A stretch of DNA of 64,000 bases, from the IMG/VR virus record IMGVR_UViG_3300021963_000091, one strand, 5' to 3'. Below, one piece after another: positions 18,967 through 28,568 of this stretch. The notes beneath the pieces are model-generated. The model searched no databases and was not told the origin of the DNA. It was given only the letters and a program-made list of their open reading frames with translations. The stretch's first letter is position 1. Each line of letters opens with the position of its first letter. The translations under genes were made by a program, and so were the position numbers. Source of the stretch: an uncultured virus (IMG/VR IMGVR_UViG_3300021963_000091). Taxonomy: Duplodnaviria > Heunggongvirae > Uroviricota > Caudoviricetes.

Positions 18967-19661
18967 GATAATTTTGAACTAGAATTTAACCCGTGCTTCA
19001 ACACGCCGTCTAACAGTCTCTTATGAAAGAATAACCCCGGTCTTTCTGAAAAAATAGAATCGACAAGCAGTCTAAAGCTACTATCTATACAGTGAATCTC
19101 CTTTGCACCTTCTAGTAACGCTAAATAATCAAATATTACATCAGTACGAACGTCCGTCGGCAATATAACAGGCAGACTCTTATCTATAATATGATTCCTA
19201 TCAATTACTAATTTCCTGCTCGGATCGTCGTGTAGAAATATATATCTACCTGGCTTGACGTCTAGGCGTTTGAGTAGGTCTCGCTCAGCTTGAATATCTC
19301 TCACGACTTTAAAATCGGTCCATCGTCTCTCAAAACGCATTCCAACCTGCGCATAGAAAGACTCATCGAAGGCTTTACCCAGTACTAATCCCTCCGCAAT
19401 GTGGTGATGGCCTATATACACCTTATCCTCTTCGTCTCGATGATCAAGCATCTCATGAATACAGTGATCGTGAGGTGCTGCAACTAGTTCAATATTACCA
19501 ATATCTCTATACATGAACTGCATACTTCTAATATCTCTCAGAGAGCAAAAAACTACAACTCTACGATCGTAAAACTTTTTACAGATATTCCTTACGATCG
19601 CGTTACAGATAATCTGATCACCCATTCCTTGGTGAGGGTAAATATAATATGCACGGCTCAT
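18951..19661 (-). CDS. Hypothetical glycosyltransferase-like protein
   Basis: HQGMGDQI, FMYRD, FLHDD, AKEIHCIDSSF. Confidence 0.6.
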   Translation of the reverse strand: MSRAYYIYPHQGMGDQIICNAIVRNICKKFYDRRVVVFCSLRDIRSMQFMYRDIGNIELVAAPHDHCIHEMLDHRDEEDKVYIGHHHIAEGLVLGKAFDESFYAQVGMRFERRWTDFKVVRDIQAERDLLKRLDVKPGRYIFLHDDPSRKLVIDRNHIIDKSLPVILPTDVRTDVIFDYLALLEGAKEIHCIDSSFRLLVDSIFSERPGLFFHKRLLDGVLKHGLNSSSKLSWTII

Positions 19662-19922
19662 ATTCTCAGTCCATGTTCGAGACTACTTTTAGCTCGCGAG
19701 CCTTACTGTAGAGTCTACTGTGAGTTATAAGAAAACATTTAATACTTAACTCCTATTAATAAAAACGGTTTGAAACTTCGACATTACCTTATGAGGATTA
19801 AATAATTGCAATACAATCGAGCTGTTTGCTCTTACTATCAGGCGTGTGATTAAACAGTAACGTGCCAGGTCCAAAAGCACCTATATTACAGAAGGATAAT
19901 AATTTATTAATTACGTTTTGAT

Positions 19923-20717
19923 CTATATTGTACATATACGGTTATGCCAATAATTTATATGCAATTTCTGCAAAGTAAACTGTTTTTTCATAAAATTAGT
20001 TAACAAGCTGTCAGTAATTTCACTAAAATCGTTTACTTGTAGAATAGGTAAACCGGTCCAATTTTCATAAATATAATTTTTAATTACAATCGGAATACTA
20101 CCTACATAAAGAGCTTCCCAAGTTCTATGACAATCAATACCGTTACCAGGTGGCGAAATAACAAATTTATGCCTTGACATATTCTCTATATACTGCTCAA
20201 ATGGCTTATTATCATCATGAGTAAACTCTACTTTTGCATGCTTAAGCTTATCTATAACATACATCCGTTCTATATTAGTAACTCCCCAATTGCAATATAT
20301 ATTATTTTCCTTTTTATTTTGTCTCAATCTCTCTATATTAAATGCAAACCATTCTGTTTTATATTGAGGCTCCAGAAATGGTTCTTTATGTGTCTTTAAT
20401 CCGAGTGGTATGGCTATTAAGTCAGGGTGACTCACTGTGGGGTTAATGGCATACCACTTTTTAATACATTTCGGCTTCTTATTAAATCTAGCTTCATCTA
20501 TAGGGTAATCACTATGATGAGTAATTAAATTATGTTGTGTTTTACATTCTCTATTTAACCATTCAAACAAATAATTTATATAATCTGTTTTACAGAAAAT
20601 ATTTCCCGGTTTATACAGCATCTCCGGAGACCCTACTCTACTGTGAGAAGGCACAAACGAGTAATTACATAAACTTTCATAATTAGCAGCATTTAAAATG
20701 TTGGCAGAATTAAACAT
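19923..20717 (-). CDS. Exostosin/GT47-like glycosyltransferase (paralog 3)
   Basis: Colinear with 16052-16840 (NAANYES.C.YS, IFCKTDYI.YLF, SPPGNGIDCHRTWE). Confidence 0.8.
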   Translation of the reverse strand: MFNSANILNAANYESLCNYSFVPSHSRVGSPEMLYKPGNIFCKTDYINYLFEWLNRECKTQHNLITHHSDYPIDEARFNKKPKCIKKWYAINPTVSHPDLIAIPLGLKTHKEPFLEPQYKTEWFAFNIERLRQNKKENNIYCNWGVTNIERMYVIDKLKHAKVEFTHDDNKPFEQYIENMSRHKFVISPPGNGIDCHRTWEALYVGSIPIVIKNYIYENWTGLPILQVNDFSEITDSLLTNFMKKQFTLQKLHINYWHNRICTI

Positions 20718-20720
20718 TAT

Positions 20721-21482
20721 TCAAATAGTAGCAGCTCCGGATCCATTCATATCCATATGCTTATGTTGGTATGAATCCCACTCGTGTATAATATTCATTT
20801 TTTTCATAGGAAGATTACATGACATTAGGTAGAATCCCCACATTCTTTCCACAATACCGCAAATCCGATGAGGACAGTGGTGCATAATATTCCATCTATT
20901 GCTCTTTAAAATATCTTCTATCTCGCTATGATAGTCATAAAGAAATTTTGCAAATTTCATACAAACACTCTTTGGAGTAATACTCAACGCCTCACTGACC
21001 CAGCCTACATTCCAGACCATTTCACTATCAATATACATATCAAGCTTTTCACTCATAAATGTACATAAATGCTGTACCTCTTCTTTTAATAAAGATAGCT
21101 GCGGATTGGGTAAAATTCTTTGATAAAAAATAGTATTAGGATTTTTTTCTAACTCATTATTAATATCAATAACACAATTTTTATTAAAAATAACATCGTA
21201 GTGCATTAATCCTATATGGGTAGCGCCGTCAATAAGCTCTGAATTTTTTAATAAATGTACGAGGGTTCCATATTCATAATATTGATGAGTCTGATAATGA
21301 TATTCATTCCAAGTTAACTCCCACTCATTAATTTGGTTTTTAACAAGACAAGAAATATTTTTAGGTACTTTTTTTTGTATATTATAACATGTAATATTAT
21401 CTCGCTCTTCTGAACTTAGCTGATTAACAACAACGTCATAAAGCCTGTCATATGTCACAATATAGTAACTAACTTTAATCAT
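20721..21482 (-). CDS. Hypothetical glycan-related protein
   Basis: IGLMHYDV and GIVER motifs; island context. Confidence 0.6.
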   Translation of the reverse strand: MIKVSYYIVTYDRLYDVVVNQLSSEERDNITCYNIQKKVPKNISCLVKNQINEWELTWNEYHYQTHQYYEYGTLVHLLKNSELIDGATHIGLMHYDVIFNKNCVIDINNELEKNPNTIFYQRILPNPQLSLLKEEVQHLCTFMSEKLDMYIDSEMVWNVGWVSEALSITPKSVCMKFAKFLYDYHSEIEDILKSNRWNIMHHCPHRICGIVERMWGFYLMSCNLPMKKMNIIHEWDSYQHKHMDMNGSGAATI

Positions 21483-21483
21483 G

Positions 21484-22467
21484 CTAAGTAAGAAAAACGT
21501 CGCGGTATTGCTTTATAACATTTTGATCAGAGAATCTCTCGCTATAGACATCCCAGTCACGCTTTTTAATATCGGATCGCTGAATACTATACAACGTATT
21601 AATAAGCTCGCTATAATCACTATAGATAATAGCTTTTTTACCAAGTAAATCAATATGAGCTTTATCATACTGCGGGTATTGTTTACCTGACCAAGTAATT
21701 ACTGGCTTATTGCATGCTGAAAATTCAGCAATAGCTAAGCCAAATGTTTCGCCTTCAGCGCGGCCGTGTATCATTATATCACATGCATGTATGAAATTAT
21801 ATACCGCCTGATCATCTTTTGCCCATGGAAGATATATAACTCTTTCGTTTTCGATAAAAGGCGCTGTAGATAAAAATAAAAACCATACGTCTTTACGGTG
21901 TTTAGTTACTGTATCTATGACGGCTTGCTTCACGAATGGTAAGCTAAACGTATCTCTACCTCCGTGACGACCTATAACAAGAGCATCCTTAGGTATATTA
22001 TATCGATTACGTATATCTTCTGTAGGCGATAACGGCTTTATAATATGAGGAATATATGCTGTTTTATTATATTTTTTTGCAATATAGTCAGATACACCAG
22101 CATACACAGAGCCGTGAGGCTGTGACATATTAAATACACAATGTACCCCTGTCTTACAAGCGTCCGGTAGAACACCGTCAATATCACCTGATTTAATTAA
22201 ATGCATAAAATCAAGCTTATCTTCCTCAATTAATCGGTTAAGCTCGCTACTAATTAATTTATTATTTTCAGGAGTTCCAATACGTACATCATATTGCTTA
22301 ATTGGAAACTCTTTACGATATCTATCTATACTCTCGTTAGGCAGCTTTGATGAGGAGTACAAAAACACTTCGTAATTATAAAATTTACGTAAAGCGTGAC
22401 CGTAATCATAAATTACGCGACCGCATCCTCTATCGTCAATACTATTTGTATGAATTCCAATTCTCAT
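21484..22467 (-). CDS. GT-B (GT4-like) glycosyltransferase
   Basis: GRHGG.DTF, CDIMIHGR..GETFGLAIAEF. Confidence 0.85.
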   Translation of the reverse strand: MRIGIHTNSIDDRGCGRVIYDYGHALRKFYNYEVFLYSSSKLPNESIDRYRKEFPIKQYDVRIGTPENNKLISSELNRLIEEDKLDFMHLIKSGDIDGVLPDACKTGVHCVFNMSQPHGSVYAGVSDYIAKKYNKTAYIPHIIKPLSPTEDIRNRYNIPKDALVIGRHGGRDTFSLPFVKQAVIDTVTKHRKDVWFLFLSTAPFIENERVIYLPWAKDDQAVYNFIHACDIMIHGRAEGETFGLAIAEFSACNKPVITWSGKQYPQYDKAHIDLLGKKAIIYSDYSELINTLYSIQRSDIKKRDWDVYSERFSDQNVIKQYRDVFLT

Positions 22468-22468
22468 A

Positions 22469-22999
22469 TTAATTACTACTTGCTAATCTGTATAACAAAC
22501 GTCGGACAACCGTCGGACAACCGTCTTTTGTTACGGCAATAATTTGCTGACCGTACTGACGACAGAAGTTATCAACAGCAGCAGCTATTTGCGAATACTG
22601 TATATAATCATGACCAGCTAATACTCCTCCATTTTTTAATTTTTTAAATGATAATTGCAAATCGTTAGTAACAGCTTCGTATGAATGATCTGCATCAACA
22701 TATATCATATCGAAAGCGCTATCAACTTGGCTCTGTAAGAAATTAGTAGTCGTCTCTCTAATGAGCTTAACCTCATTGAGCGACTTATACTTATCAACGA
22801 GCTCTATATACACGCGCTCCATATCCTTGACAGTAATGTGATTGTAACCGTCCTTATCGCCGGAACCGGATTCACCACACCATATATCTACTAGAAGTAA
22901 CTGTAAGGGAGATAGTCGCTTATATAATTCCGTAGCAAATTCACCCTTAAATACACCCAATTCAACAACTGACATATTTTTAGGTAGCTTATCTAACAT
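22469..22999 (-). CDS. Methyltransferase (Methyltransf_24-like), C-terminus altered by an 11-bp duplication
   Basis: VELGVFKG, VDIW, FDMIYVDADHSYE, LKNGGVLAGHDY. Confidence 0.85.
   Translation of the reverse strand: MLDKLPKNMSVVELGVFKGEFATELYKRLSPLQLLLVDIWCGESGSGDKDGYNHITVKDMERVYIELVDKYKSLNEVKLIRETTTNFLQSQVDSAFDMIYVDADHSYEAVTNDLQLSFKKLKNGGVLAGHDYIQYSQIAAAVDNFCRQYGQQIIAVTKDGCPTVVRRLLYRLASSN
22500..22525. repeat. 11-bp tandem duplication (cgtcggacaac x2 plus cgtc)
   Basis: Read directly from the sequence. Confidence 0.9.
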
Positions 23000-23022
23000 A
23001 TCGTTTCTTGTTTTAAATAGTT

Positions 23023-23883
23023 TTATATTACACTGTTAATAAACTTTATTAAGCTGCTCGCTCTCTTTTTGAAGGTATGCTTTCGTACGCAGAGCTGGTA
23101 ACCCGCCTCTGCAACCTGCACGAGCTTTACAGGATCTTTATAGAGGTATTGAATTATATCAACAGCAGCATCTGCACTACGATAGATAAACATGTTCTCA
23201 CCGTCCTTAAACCCAAGCTCCTTATACTGATCGTTAGGGTCGGTCAATAAAGCTGTCTTACATCCCATCGTTTCAAAATTTCGATAGTTCACATCTACAG
23301 ATATATTCTTATTAAGCAGTATCTTATACGAGTTGATAGCGTTTATCATGTCAACGCCTCGTACGTCAATATCCAGCCTTAACGGTACTCTACTGCCTAC
23401 ATAATCAAATAGAGGCTTACGATTAACAAAATTACCGCAAAACCCCACCAGGTGCTGCTTCTCCGTGTCATTCGGCTTTATAAACTCATCGTCATAGCAG
23501 TTAGGGAACCATAGACTGTTTGAATCGAGGAAGTTTTTTGTCGATTGTAAGATGTAATTGTATTTACCCTCGTTATAAACGCCACGATAGTAGTCGTAGC
23601 CTCTAACGTGACTATCAATAGCCCACAGGAACTTGAGGGGCTTGGTTACATGGGACAAGCTCGGCATCCACCCAGTATCGTAGTTCTCGAGATTGATAAT
23701 TACATCATAACTGTCGTAATTTGGAGCAGTATTGTAATTACTGTGACCCAACCCCCATACATCACACTCAACATCGCTACATAACAACGCCCTCCGCATA
23801 CTATTACACTCGCGCAGATGCTTGCTGATCTCGTGCCTACCGTTCTCCTGTATAATTAAAAATTTCACGATATCGGACCACAT
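23023..23883 (-). CDS. CgeB/YkvP-like glycosyltransferase
   Basis: WAIDSH, GFCG, NSYKILLN, VNYRNFETMGC, HTFKKR. Confidence 0.8.
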   Translation of the reverse strand: MWSDIVKFLIIQENGRHEISKHLRECNSMRRALLCSDVECDVWGLGHSNYNTAPNYDSYDVIINLENYDTGWMPSLSHVTKPLKFLWAIDSHVRGYDYYRGVYNEGKYNYILQSTKNFLDSNSLWFPNCYDDEFIKPNDTEKQHLVGFCGNFVNRKPLFDYVGSRVPLRLDIDVRGVDMINAINSYKILLNKNISVDVNYRNFETMGCKTALLTDPNDQYKELGFKDGENMFIYRSADAAVDIIQYLYKDPVKLVQVAEAGYQLCVRKHTFKKRASSLIKFINSVI

Positions 23884-23952
23884 TGACTGCTGCTATGATA
23901 ATGCTTCATCGTACATGATATGTTAAGAGCTGTAACTTACAAGCCATAATCA

Positions 23953-24684
23953 TTAAAAAACTCCTCTATGATGCCAAAACAACTGCGGATACGGTCTACC
24001 TACTATACGGTTACCCCACTCGGAGGGCTCCGGATATAGTTTTACACCTCTTTTTGCAGCTAATAAAGATATAATTGACTGATCGTGTCTATGGTCGATA
24101 AATCGAGTCAAATTGCTGCCGAGAGTACACGGAGAGTCGGTGATAATATCGTCATCCTTGCTGAGGTTAACATACTCTTCGATAAGCGCGACATTTTCAG
24201 GCGTTTTCTTAAAGAGTTGATAGGAGGCATCGACCTGATCCGCGTCGTAATATGTCTGCTCGTCGCACTTCATCTTAATGAAACAATCTCTCTTAGTCCA
24301 CTCACCGTTTTTATGCACTTCGCCCCTGCCATTACCGTCTCGGTTCTCGAACAACACGATATCCTCTTTATTACATATATCCACAACGGGCTGAAGACTG
24401 CTAATAATCGTATTGCCACTATCGACATATACTACAATATCACCGTCGCTAAGCTGGTTGAGACAATCTCTGATTATAAACGGCTTCCACCTCCAAAATC
24501 CAAAACCTCTTGTCCCTTTAAAGCGGTCACCGTAGTACTGTACAAGGTCTGACATTACGTTGATGTCTGTATATGATATCGCGCCGGATATACCTCTACC
24601 CCTAGCAGAAGCAACGAGATTTGACTGCGATCTATACCACTTAGGCGATCCTGAAGCGAAAGAGACTAGTATGGCTCGTTGCAT
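23953..24684 (-). CDS. GT-A-like glycosyltransferase
   Basis: RGFGFWRWKP, VYVDSG, WTKRD, DHRHDQS. Confidence 0.65.
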   Translation of the reverse strand: MQRAILVSFASGSPKWYRSQSNLVASARGRGISGAISYTDINVMSDLVQYYGDRFKGTRGFGFWRWKPFIIRDCLNQLSDGDIVVYVDSGNTIISSLQPVVDICNKEDIVLFENRDGNGRGEVHKNGEWTKRDCFIKMKCDEQTYYDADQVDASYQLFKKTPENVALIEEYVNLSKDDDIITDSPCTLGSNLTRFIDHRHDQSIISLLAAKRGVKLYPEPSEWGNRIVGRPYPQLFWHHRGVF

Positions 24685-24685
24685 G

Positions 24686-25357
24686 CTATAGGTCGAAGTT
24701 TGCCCGCTGCCTTGCTTTATATGCTGCTAAATCCTGGTCATAAAACTTATTATTCTCGATATATAAACTATCCGGAGCCTCGTTGACTATTGAATACTGC
24801 ACATGCTTAATAATAACATCCTCAAAGTATATAAACCTCCCAAGCTGTTTAATCACATCGGTAAATTCTAAATCGCAGAATAAGGACCTGTATACTGGGT
24901 TGTATACGTAACTATACCTGTCATAAAACTTCCTACCCATTATAGATAGAGTATTGAGATTTCTACCCTGGAACCCATCGTTGAACCATGCAACATAATC
25001 CGTATCACCGCGCAATACATTCCTGTATACGTATTTTATATATGCATCGTATCCCCTCACGATAGGTACCATATCGTCTGAGGCGAGGAGAAGAATATCA
25101 AAGTCATATCCAGTTATATCCTTATTAACGGCTTCGATCTTAGACTTACTTTCGCCGTAATGTACGATCAGGTTCTTATATCCGGTAAACCGCGATCTCA
25201 CGATGCTATTATTCATCGTGAGATCGCTACTGTCACAGGTAATAACAAACTGAAAGTTGTTAGTTAACATTAAACCGTAATACGAGTCTAATACATTGAA
25301 GAACTTTTCGGGTCTACTTTTAGTCGGAAATTTTATTAGCAGTTTTAAATTGTTCAT
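24686..25357 (-). CDS. GT2-like glycosyltransferase
   Basis: KFPTKSRP, SKIEAVN, LASDDM, NTLSIMG, SLFCD.EF. Confidence 0.7.
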   Translation of the reverse strand: MNNLKLLIKFPTKSRPEKFFNVLDSYYGLMLTNNFQFVITCDSSDLTMNNSIVRSRFTGYKNLIVHYGESKSKIEAVNKDITGYDFDILLLASDDMVPIVRGYDAYIKYVYRNVLRGDTDYVAWFNDGFQGRNLNTLSIMGRKFYDRYSYVYNPVYRSLFCDLEFTDVIKQLGRFIYFEDVIIKHVQYSIVNEAPDSLYIENNKFYDQDLAAYKARQRANFDL

Positions 25358-26072
25358 ATCCCCTCGGACTGTGGTATATATTTTGAGTGTTATGACTGTC
25401 AAACCCGCGGTGAACTAAGCTACTATTTTCAACAATACCAAATTGAATGCTTCTTATAAAGCAATACACAGATAGATATCTCTCTAAAAAGTGACCAGAC
25501 ATCTTGTCATTCCCAAGATACTCAAAAAAATCGTTCGTAAGCTTATCGTTGAAGTATTCAATTAAAAACGACCGCTTAAATACGACATTGTTTGTAGTTA
25601 TCCAATTATCACAATTAGGTCTAATCTCGCCATGACCCTCCTTAAGGAGGAAGGATATAAGCTTGGCAGTGAAGTGAGACCTCTTGAATAGCCCCGCACC
25701 GGTGCTCATCCACGTCAGACCGCAACAGTTTAAATTTTTAGCGGTTACTTTATCGATAAAGCTCTGCAAGGAAAATTCTGCATCGATATCGGTATCGTAT
25801 TCTAGAAAACACACATAATCACATCCCTCTATAATATTGGGGTTTCTTGCTGCAGCATACCACCCCGTATACGCAAGATAGTTCTTATATTGTTCTATAT
25901 GATCCGGTAGCAGACAACACTGTATAATCCTATCCGACTGATAGTTTTCCGCGTGCTGGCCTACGAGAAGATATTTATAGTTATCTAGTTTTGTGTATTT
26001 ACAGGTTGATTCAAAGAATTGAATCAGCTTTATGTCGTGAACAACTATAAGAAATATGATATTATTTTGCAT
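25320..26072 (-). CDS. Hypothetical glycosyltransferase-like protein
   Basis: LAYTGWYA, FLEYDTD, HFLER. Confidence 0.55.
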   Translation of the reverse strand: MQNNIIFLIVVHDIKLIQFFESTCKYTKLDNYKYLLVGQHAENYQSDRIIQCCLLPDHIEQYKNYLAYTGWYAAARNPNIIEGCDYVCFLEYDTDIDAEFSLQSFIDKVTAKNLNCCGLTWMSTGAGLFKRSHFTAKLISFLLKEGHGEIRPNCDNWITTNNVVFKRSFLIEYFNDKLTNDFFEYLGNDKMSGHFLERYLSVYCFIRSIQFGIVENSSLVHRGFDSHNTQNIYHSPRGYEQFKTANKISD

Positions 26073-26790
26073 TTATCTTCGTATCCTTATACCTAATAAT
26101 TTCGCTCTTATAACTCTCTTCGACCGATAGACCGTACCTATATAAACCAGCATTGTTATGGGTAGCACTTGAGCTCATGTCTATATTACCGTCGTGTGTA
26201 CCGTATCTCTTTGTTCGCCACGACATGCCCTCATAGTGCTTAAAGTAATCCCCCTCTAACTTAACATCTCCGATCCGTAGCTCTTTTTTTCTTATGTCTT
26301 CAAAAAAAGTACACCCCACGTCGTATAGTTTTGCACTTTTACTAAGCTGCTTTGCCTCATTGTAGAATGTAATTCTATTTAACTTAATCTCCTCAACGTC
26401 TACGAAGCAGTGCCATGGGTGAGCACGATGATGAATTCGCTTACCACCTCTATCACCGCATATATCACCAGCAAGCGTCAGTTTTCCAGACTTGACCTGA
26501 TCAAGTACCGCTGAGTGATTCTTTAGGAAGATTACGTCAGTATCTACTAGCAGAGCGTACTTCGTTTGTACTCGGTCAAACAACATATCAACACTCTTAA
26601 GATGCAACCCACCGGGGTTAATCACGTAGGGTACTCTCCACAGCTCCAGATCTCGTCTCGTAATATCGTCGGTAGAATTGTCGGCTATAATTACAGGCGT
26701 TTCCGAGTGGTGGCAAAAGAAAGACCTTAGCATGGTCAGAGTTACGTCCGGTGTATTATACGAACACGATATTAGCGTTATATCTTCCAT
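26062..26790 (-). CDS. GT2-like glycosyltransferase
   Basis: SYNT, IADNS, LLVDTD DxD motif, YDVG. Confidence 0.75.
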   Translation of the reverse strand: MEDITLISCSYNTPDVTLTMLRSFFCHHSETPVIIADNSTDDITRRDLELWRVPYVINPGGLHLKSVDMLFDRVQTKYALLVDTDVIFLKNHSAVLDQVKSGKLTLAGDICGDRGGKRIHHRAHPWHCFVDVEEIKLNRITFYNEAKQLSKSAKLYDVGCTFFEDIRKKELRIGDVKLEGDYFKHYEGMSWRTKRYGTHDGNIDMSSSATHNNAGLYRYGLSVEESYKSEIIRYKDTKINAK

Positions 26791-27614
26791 CTCTTCTTAA
26801 TACTTTTAAGCGACGATATGACAACATCCTCGGAGCTGCTAGGTGTTGTGTTTGGATAATGACCGTGCTTTTTTAGGTACAACTCCCTACCACTATTCAC
26901 GTTCTTTAACCACGTCTCAGTCTTACCGGACATTGTACTCGTAGCTATTGCATCCTTTTGCGTTCCGATGTATTTAATGCTGTCCTCGATATCTGCGAAC
27001 CACCAAAACGGCGGATGACCGCCGGCGAGGATAATTCTATACGTATGCTCGACGTGTTCCCACGCGTTTACAAACTGGTCGTCGTGTATACCAACTACGG
27101 TCAAGATCTCTCTGGTAAAGAAACTAAAAACTCCCGCGACGTGCTCGTATAGACATATATTAACGTCTTGCGGATACTCTATTACAAGCTTCGGGTTAGG
27201 CTCCGACGCAGTGTCGAGTAAGTGTCGATTGTATAAATCAAAATTCGGCGTACTCTGGCGACGATTAAAGGGTGAGCCGGGCCCGAAATTGAAGTGCTGT
27301 ATGCCCGTTACCCGGCTCGCTGTGATGTATCTCTCGAAAACATCGTCTCGCTTTATGAGCGCATCATCCTCAACGATAAAGATATGCGTACACCCTTTAT
27401 CGAGAAGATACTGGAGAGCCTTATTCTTTGACTTACCGACGCCTAGATTGCTCTCATTTTTTATTAAAACCCCTCGGTGCAGATCAAACGGTAGATCGTC
27501 ACCGTCATTGACGACAACAATCTCATCAACACCGCATTCAGGTAGAGAGTTGAAGCATCCCCTGAAAAAATCGGGACGGTTACAGGTAATAATACCAACA
27601 CCTATTTTTTCCAT
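26778..27614 (-). CDS. GT2 glycosyltransferase, first gene of the glycan island
   Basis: IITCNR, VVVNDG, NLGVGKSKN, FIVEDD, AWEH; TATACT (27622-27627) 7 nt upstream. Confidence 0.85.
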   Translation of the reverse strand: MEKIGVGIITCNRPDFFRGCFNSLPECGVDEIVVVNDGDDLPFDLHRGVLIKNESNLGVGKSKNKALQYLLDKGCTHIFIVEDDALIKRDDVFERYITASRVTGIQHFNFGPGSPFNRRQSTPNFDLYNRHLLDTASEPNPKLVIEYPQDVNICLYEHVAGVFSFFTREILTVVGIHDDQFVNAWEHVEHTYRIILAGGHPPFWWFADIEDSIKYIGTQKDAIATSTMSGKTETWLKNVNSGRELYLKKHGHYPNTTPSSSEDVVISSLKSIKKRWKI

Positions 27615-27649
27615 GTGCAATAGTATAATATTAGCGATAAATAACTAAA

Positions 27650-28354
27650 ATGGCAACTAATACTCAAACAAATATTGTCAATATTAACAATTTGCCCGAG
27701 GCACAGGAGATATTCGACGGTAATCTCTTAATTGTACAAAATGACGCAGGTACTCAGGTCATCGATTGGCAAAATATAGGAGTACTAAAGCTCAGCACAG
27801 CGGGCGATGGTACGTATAGCGGGGGACTAACTGGTGAAAATATTCACGTTACTGACGCAACTATTTCTAACCTAGACGGATCCTCTTACATGTCGAACGG
27901 AGAGGCAGGTCAATCAGCAACCGTAGATTACTACAATACCTTCACATTTACAAACGGTTTAATGACCAGTGCTTCAAATCGTATCGGTTCACCGGAATAC
28001 GAGGATATTGTTAATACGAAGATCCCTGCAATAACAGCTGCTCTACTATCAGCATTTCAGGCAAACTATACAGTATACTCTGGTGATTTTATTTTTGATG
28101 GAACAGGTACGAAATTAGGTATAGCGCTTGGTGTATTACCTGCTAATCTAAGTGTGAGTAATTTTAATGGTGCGGACTTCACCTTAGCTCAATCCAGTGG
28201 ATCAGTATCTCTACTGTCGACGTTCCCGGTATTCTACGATATTAAAACAGCCGGTGATCCTCCTCAACTCAACGTAAATGTCGCAGTAGGTCAAGGCAAT
28301 TTAACCGATTCTTACGTTGTTAAGGCATCAAAATTTTACACTGCCTTAGGTTAA
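27650..28354 (+). CDS. Probable virion structural protein
   Basis: Gly/Ser/Thr/Asn-rich; VNINNLP...DGNLLIV N-terminus; late TAAATA at 27638-27643. Confidence 0.6.
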   Translation: MATNTQTNIVNINNLPEAQEIFDGNLLIVQNDAGTQVIDWQNIGVLKLSTAGDGTYSGGLTGENIHVTDATISNLDGSSYMSNGEAGQSATVDYYNTFTFTNGLMTSASNRIGSPEYEDIVNTKIPAITAALLSAFQANYTVYSGDFIFDGTGTKLGIALGVLPANLSVSNFNGADFTLAQSSGSVSLLSTFPVFYDIKTAGDPPQLNVNVAVGQGNLTDSYVVKASKFYTALG

Positions 28355-28564
28355 TCAAACATGGAATATAAGAGCTTTACAGAGCTTTTTTAGAGCCGGC
28401 TTAACCGCCATCTTCTCTTCAACCATTAGTCTACGTAGCTCTCTCTTAAACGACCTAACAAACTCGTCAGAGAGCTTGAAGTTACGCGGGTAAAACTCTC
28501 TTTTTGTATACTTGATACTGCCTAACTGCTCGAGTAGCACGTCTATATTACTATTAAACTTCAC
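28355..28564 (-). CDS. Small late protein
   Basis: TAAGTA at 28570-28575, 5 nt before GTG; N-terminus MKFNSNIDVLLE. Confidence 0.65.
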   Translation of the reverse strand: MKFNSNIDVLLEQLGSIKYTKREFYPRNFKLSDEFVRSFKRELRRLMVEEKMAVKPALKKLCKALIFHV

Positions 28565-28568
28565 CTAA

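Noticed and set aside
9758..27614. Island as host chromosomal DNA or prophage flank
   Set aside because: Phage genes flank both sides, the promoter style and gene packing match the rest, and no integrase or housekeeping genes are present.
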